Part shown: piece by piece, positions 37,240 to 39,712 of the stretch
Layout of the letters: every line of letters begins with the position of its first letter
Numbering within the stretch: position 1 is the stretch's first letter
Assembly: GCF_000485595.1 (NCBI RefSeq)
Contig: NW_014577069.1
Location: 615,484 to 655,195 of the forward strand
DNA from: Priapulus caudatus
Taxonomy: Eukaryota
Length of the DNA: 39,712 nucleotides
Direction of reading: 5' to 3'
The notes under the pieces: generated by a model
The model's input: the letters and a program-made list of their open reading frames with translations, nothing else
The model's database searches: none
Told to the model about the DNA's origin: nothing
Position numbers and translations under genes: made by a program

Positions 37240-37805
37240 GCGTCATGAAAATGTGGGTAAATTAAGACACCAAAATTATGCCTCTACGATATTTAGAATT
37301 TTAGTTATTCAAACAAAATAAACCAATTTCATTGGCGGCCATTTTAAAATCCAAGATGGCCGCCATCCTATGCTTTTCTAAGTGTCATAACTGGGTTCTC
37401 CACTATCCGAAATATGGGTATAGACACCAAAATTATGTCTCTACGACGTCTTGGAGTCTAGTTATTCAAAATAAACAAATTTCACTGGCGGCGATATTGA
37501 AATCCAAGATGGCCGCCATCCTATGCTTTTCTAAGTGTCATAACTGGGTTCTCCACTATCCGAAATGTGGGTATAGCCACCAACATTATGTCTCTACGAC
37601 GTCTGGGAGTCCAGATATTTCAGAAAATCCATTTTCGCTGGCGGTCATTTTGGATCTCAAGATGGCCGCCACAATACGCAAAAGTCAGCCTGGAAACATA
37701 CCCAGTGAAACTCCCCAAGTATCATAGAAATGATATTTACCCGTTTCCAGCCTCTACCCAAAAAGTTTAGGCTCATCCTTATTTTGGATATCTGCCCCCT
37801 GACTA
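37240..37805 (-). mobile_element. Academ-like transposon terminus with about 153-bp subterminal tandem units
   Basis: Ends ...GGATATCTGCCCCCTGACTA (5'-TAGTCAGGGGGCAG on the minus strand; Academ termini begin TAG). About 2.7 units of 153-157 bp, each with GGCGGCCATTTT...AAGATGGCCGCC. Confidence 0.6.
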
Positions 37806-38307
37806 TTATACCCACAGCATATTGGTATGCACATAGCCGGCAGCTTTATATGCACCCGAGCTTCAGTAGTTTTGCGTGATCCTTCAGTATGTATGCGGCC
37901 ACTTGTACCAGTGCCAAAATGATTTGCCCGACATGGCCCTGGTATATGGCAACAGTGAATGTGCCCACTGTAGGGGAAATGATGAGGATTACATTATTGA
38001 CGCATATCGCGAAATATTTGTTATGCGTTCGACGTGATATGATAACTACTTTCGTACAAGGTATTAGGAACCAGTGGCCTAGCATTAATTTAGTTTAATA
38101 TGCATGGTATTTATTAGGCGGTTAAAGAATCACCCATTCACATATTTAAAATGGTTGACCAAATAGATCAATAGAAAGTATGAAAACTGTGAAAATAAAG
38201 GCGTTCAGTTTCTTTGCCAATGCGCACTCGGAATAGACAAATTAAATGTAATTGCCTCTTAATAAAATCAACTTCTAGTGTTGTCTCTGTCACGCGTTAC
38301 AGCACAT

Positions 38308-38330
38308 CAACAACAACAACAACAACAACA

Positions 38331-38382
<52 letters not shown>

Positions 38383-38423
38383 TTATTATTATTATTATTA
38401 TTACTACTACTACTACTACTACT
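38308..38423. repeat. (ACA)n(ACT)n(ATT)n(ACT)n compound microsatellite
   Basis: Seen directly in the sequence. Confidence 0.95.
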
Positions 38424-38426
38424 AAA

Positions 38427-38531
38427 GCAAAACTAGCAAGCTCTAACCATCCCGCTAACATGAGCAAAACTAGCAAGCTCTAACCATCCCGCTAACATGA
38501 GCAAAACTAGCAAGCTCTAACCATCCCGCTA
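38427..38531. repeat. 37-bp tandem repeat, about 2.8 copies
   Basis: GCAAAACTAGCAAGCTCTAACCATCCCGCTAACATGA starts at 38427, 38464 and 38501. Confidence 0.93.
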
Positions 38532-38559
38532 TCACGTAAATGTAACAAAGCTGTATCTC

Positions 38560-39235
38560 CGTAGATCTGTAGATCGTTGTAGATTGCGCTGTAGATCGCG
38601 CTGCAGATTTCTGTAGATAGCGCTGTAGATCGCTGTAGGTAGATGTAGATCGCTGTAGATAGATGTAGATCGCTGTAGGTAGATGTAGATCGCTGTAGAT
38701 CGCACTGTAAATCGTTGTAGATCGCGCTGTAGATCGCTGTAGATCGCTGTAGATTGCGCTGTAGATCACGCTGTAGATCGCTGTAGGTAGGTGTAGATCG
38801 CGCTGTAAATCATTGTAGATCGCTGGAGATTGCACTGTAGATCACGCTGTAGATTGCTGTAGGTAGATGTAGATCGCTGTAGATCGCTGTAGATTGCACT
38901 GTAGATCACGCTGTAGATCGCTGTAGATTGCTGTAGATTGCGTTGTAGATCATGCTGTAGATCACTGTAGATCGTGCTGTAGATCGCTGTAGATCACTGT
39001 AGATCACGCTGTAGATCACTGTAGATTGCGCTGTAGATCGCACTGTAGATCGCTGTAGATTGCGTTGTAGATCACGCTGTAGATCACTGTAGATCGCTGT
39101 AGATCGCGCTGTAGATCGCTGTAGATTGCGCTGTAGATCACTGTAGATCGCGCTGTAGATCACTGCAGATCGCTGTAAATGGCTGTATCTCTGTAGATCT
39201 GCAGATTGCTGTGAATTGCTGTATCTCTGTAGATA
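38560..39235. repeat. Minisatellite of CTGTAGATCG(CG) 10-12 bp units
   Basis: Dozens of CTGTAGAT-cored units. Confidence 0.93.
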
Positions 39236-39523
39236 CAGCGTATGCTGGTGGTGGTAGAGATGGGGGGGGGACTCCAACGATCTGATTTAGTATGACTAGA
39301 TAACCGTCTTAATATAAAAGTCACACAGCTGTCGAGTTGGAGTAATTAGGAGTGGTCCCTAATTAGGAGCGGTAATTAGGAGCGGTCCCTAAGAGATTGA
39401 TGCGTAGGAGGAAATATGTAATCTATTCAAACTAGACATTATACGGATTAATAAAATTGGAAAGGACAAGCAAAAGCAACATGAAATTAACGTAGCGACG
39501 ATCATTGTATTATGCGAAAACTT

Positions 39524-39532
39524 CTATCTATC

Positions 39533-39597
<65 letters not shown>

Positions 39598-39598
39598 G

Positions 39599-39633
<35 letters not shown>

Positions 39634-39634
39634 G

Positions 39635-39712
<78 letters not shown>
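39524..39712. repeat. (CTAT)n microsatellite
   Basis: Seen directly; runs to the end of the window. Confidence 0.97.

Noticed and set aside
37332..37727. 131-aa ORF with MAAILKSKMAAI repeats
   Set aside because: It is a translation of the non-coding subterminal tandem units of a transposon end.
38427..38531. 37-bp direct repeats of CRISPR-like length
   Set aside because: The copies are head-to-tail with no spacers, there are no cas genes, and the context is eukaryotic.

Overview
Repeat-rich, gene-poor eukaryotic DNA, most likely a non-vertebrate animal draft assembly (inferred from the transposon repertoire, the tRNA-Pro variant and abundant CpG); it has four N-gaps. No intact protein-coding gene is supported: the long ORFs are microsatellite read-throughs. 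The one clearly functional gene is a tRNA-Pro(CGG) at 29990-30061. The rest is mostly DNA transposons and simple repeats. (1) A non-autonomous PIF/Harbinger element with 48-bp TIRs and a TTA TSD (4767-6040) carries a small MITE with CCCTAA repeats that recurs at 29455-29642. (2) Two adjacent Harbinger copies have decayed transposases (about 15110-17678 and 17714-19851); the first holds two nested CAG-terminal MITEs with 5-bp TSDs. (3) A degenerate XPG/PIN-like nuclease fragment of Academ type (34317-35062) lies near a TAG-terminal Academ-like end at 37805. (4) A CCAACGTTGG-rich CACTA/EnSpm-like element ends at 37173. Several kb-scale local duplications differ mostly by single-base indels and join at microsatellites, which suggests long-read gap-filling or haplotype artefacts. 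I found no convincing new biological system; the most interesting signals concern transposon architecture and nesting. All family assignments come from motif recognition only, with no database search.
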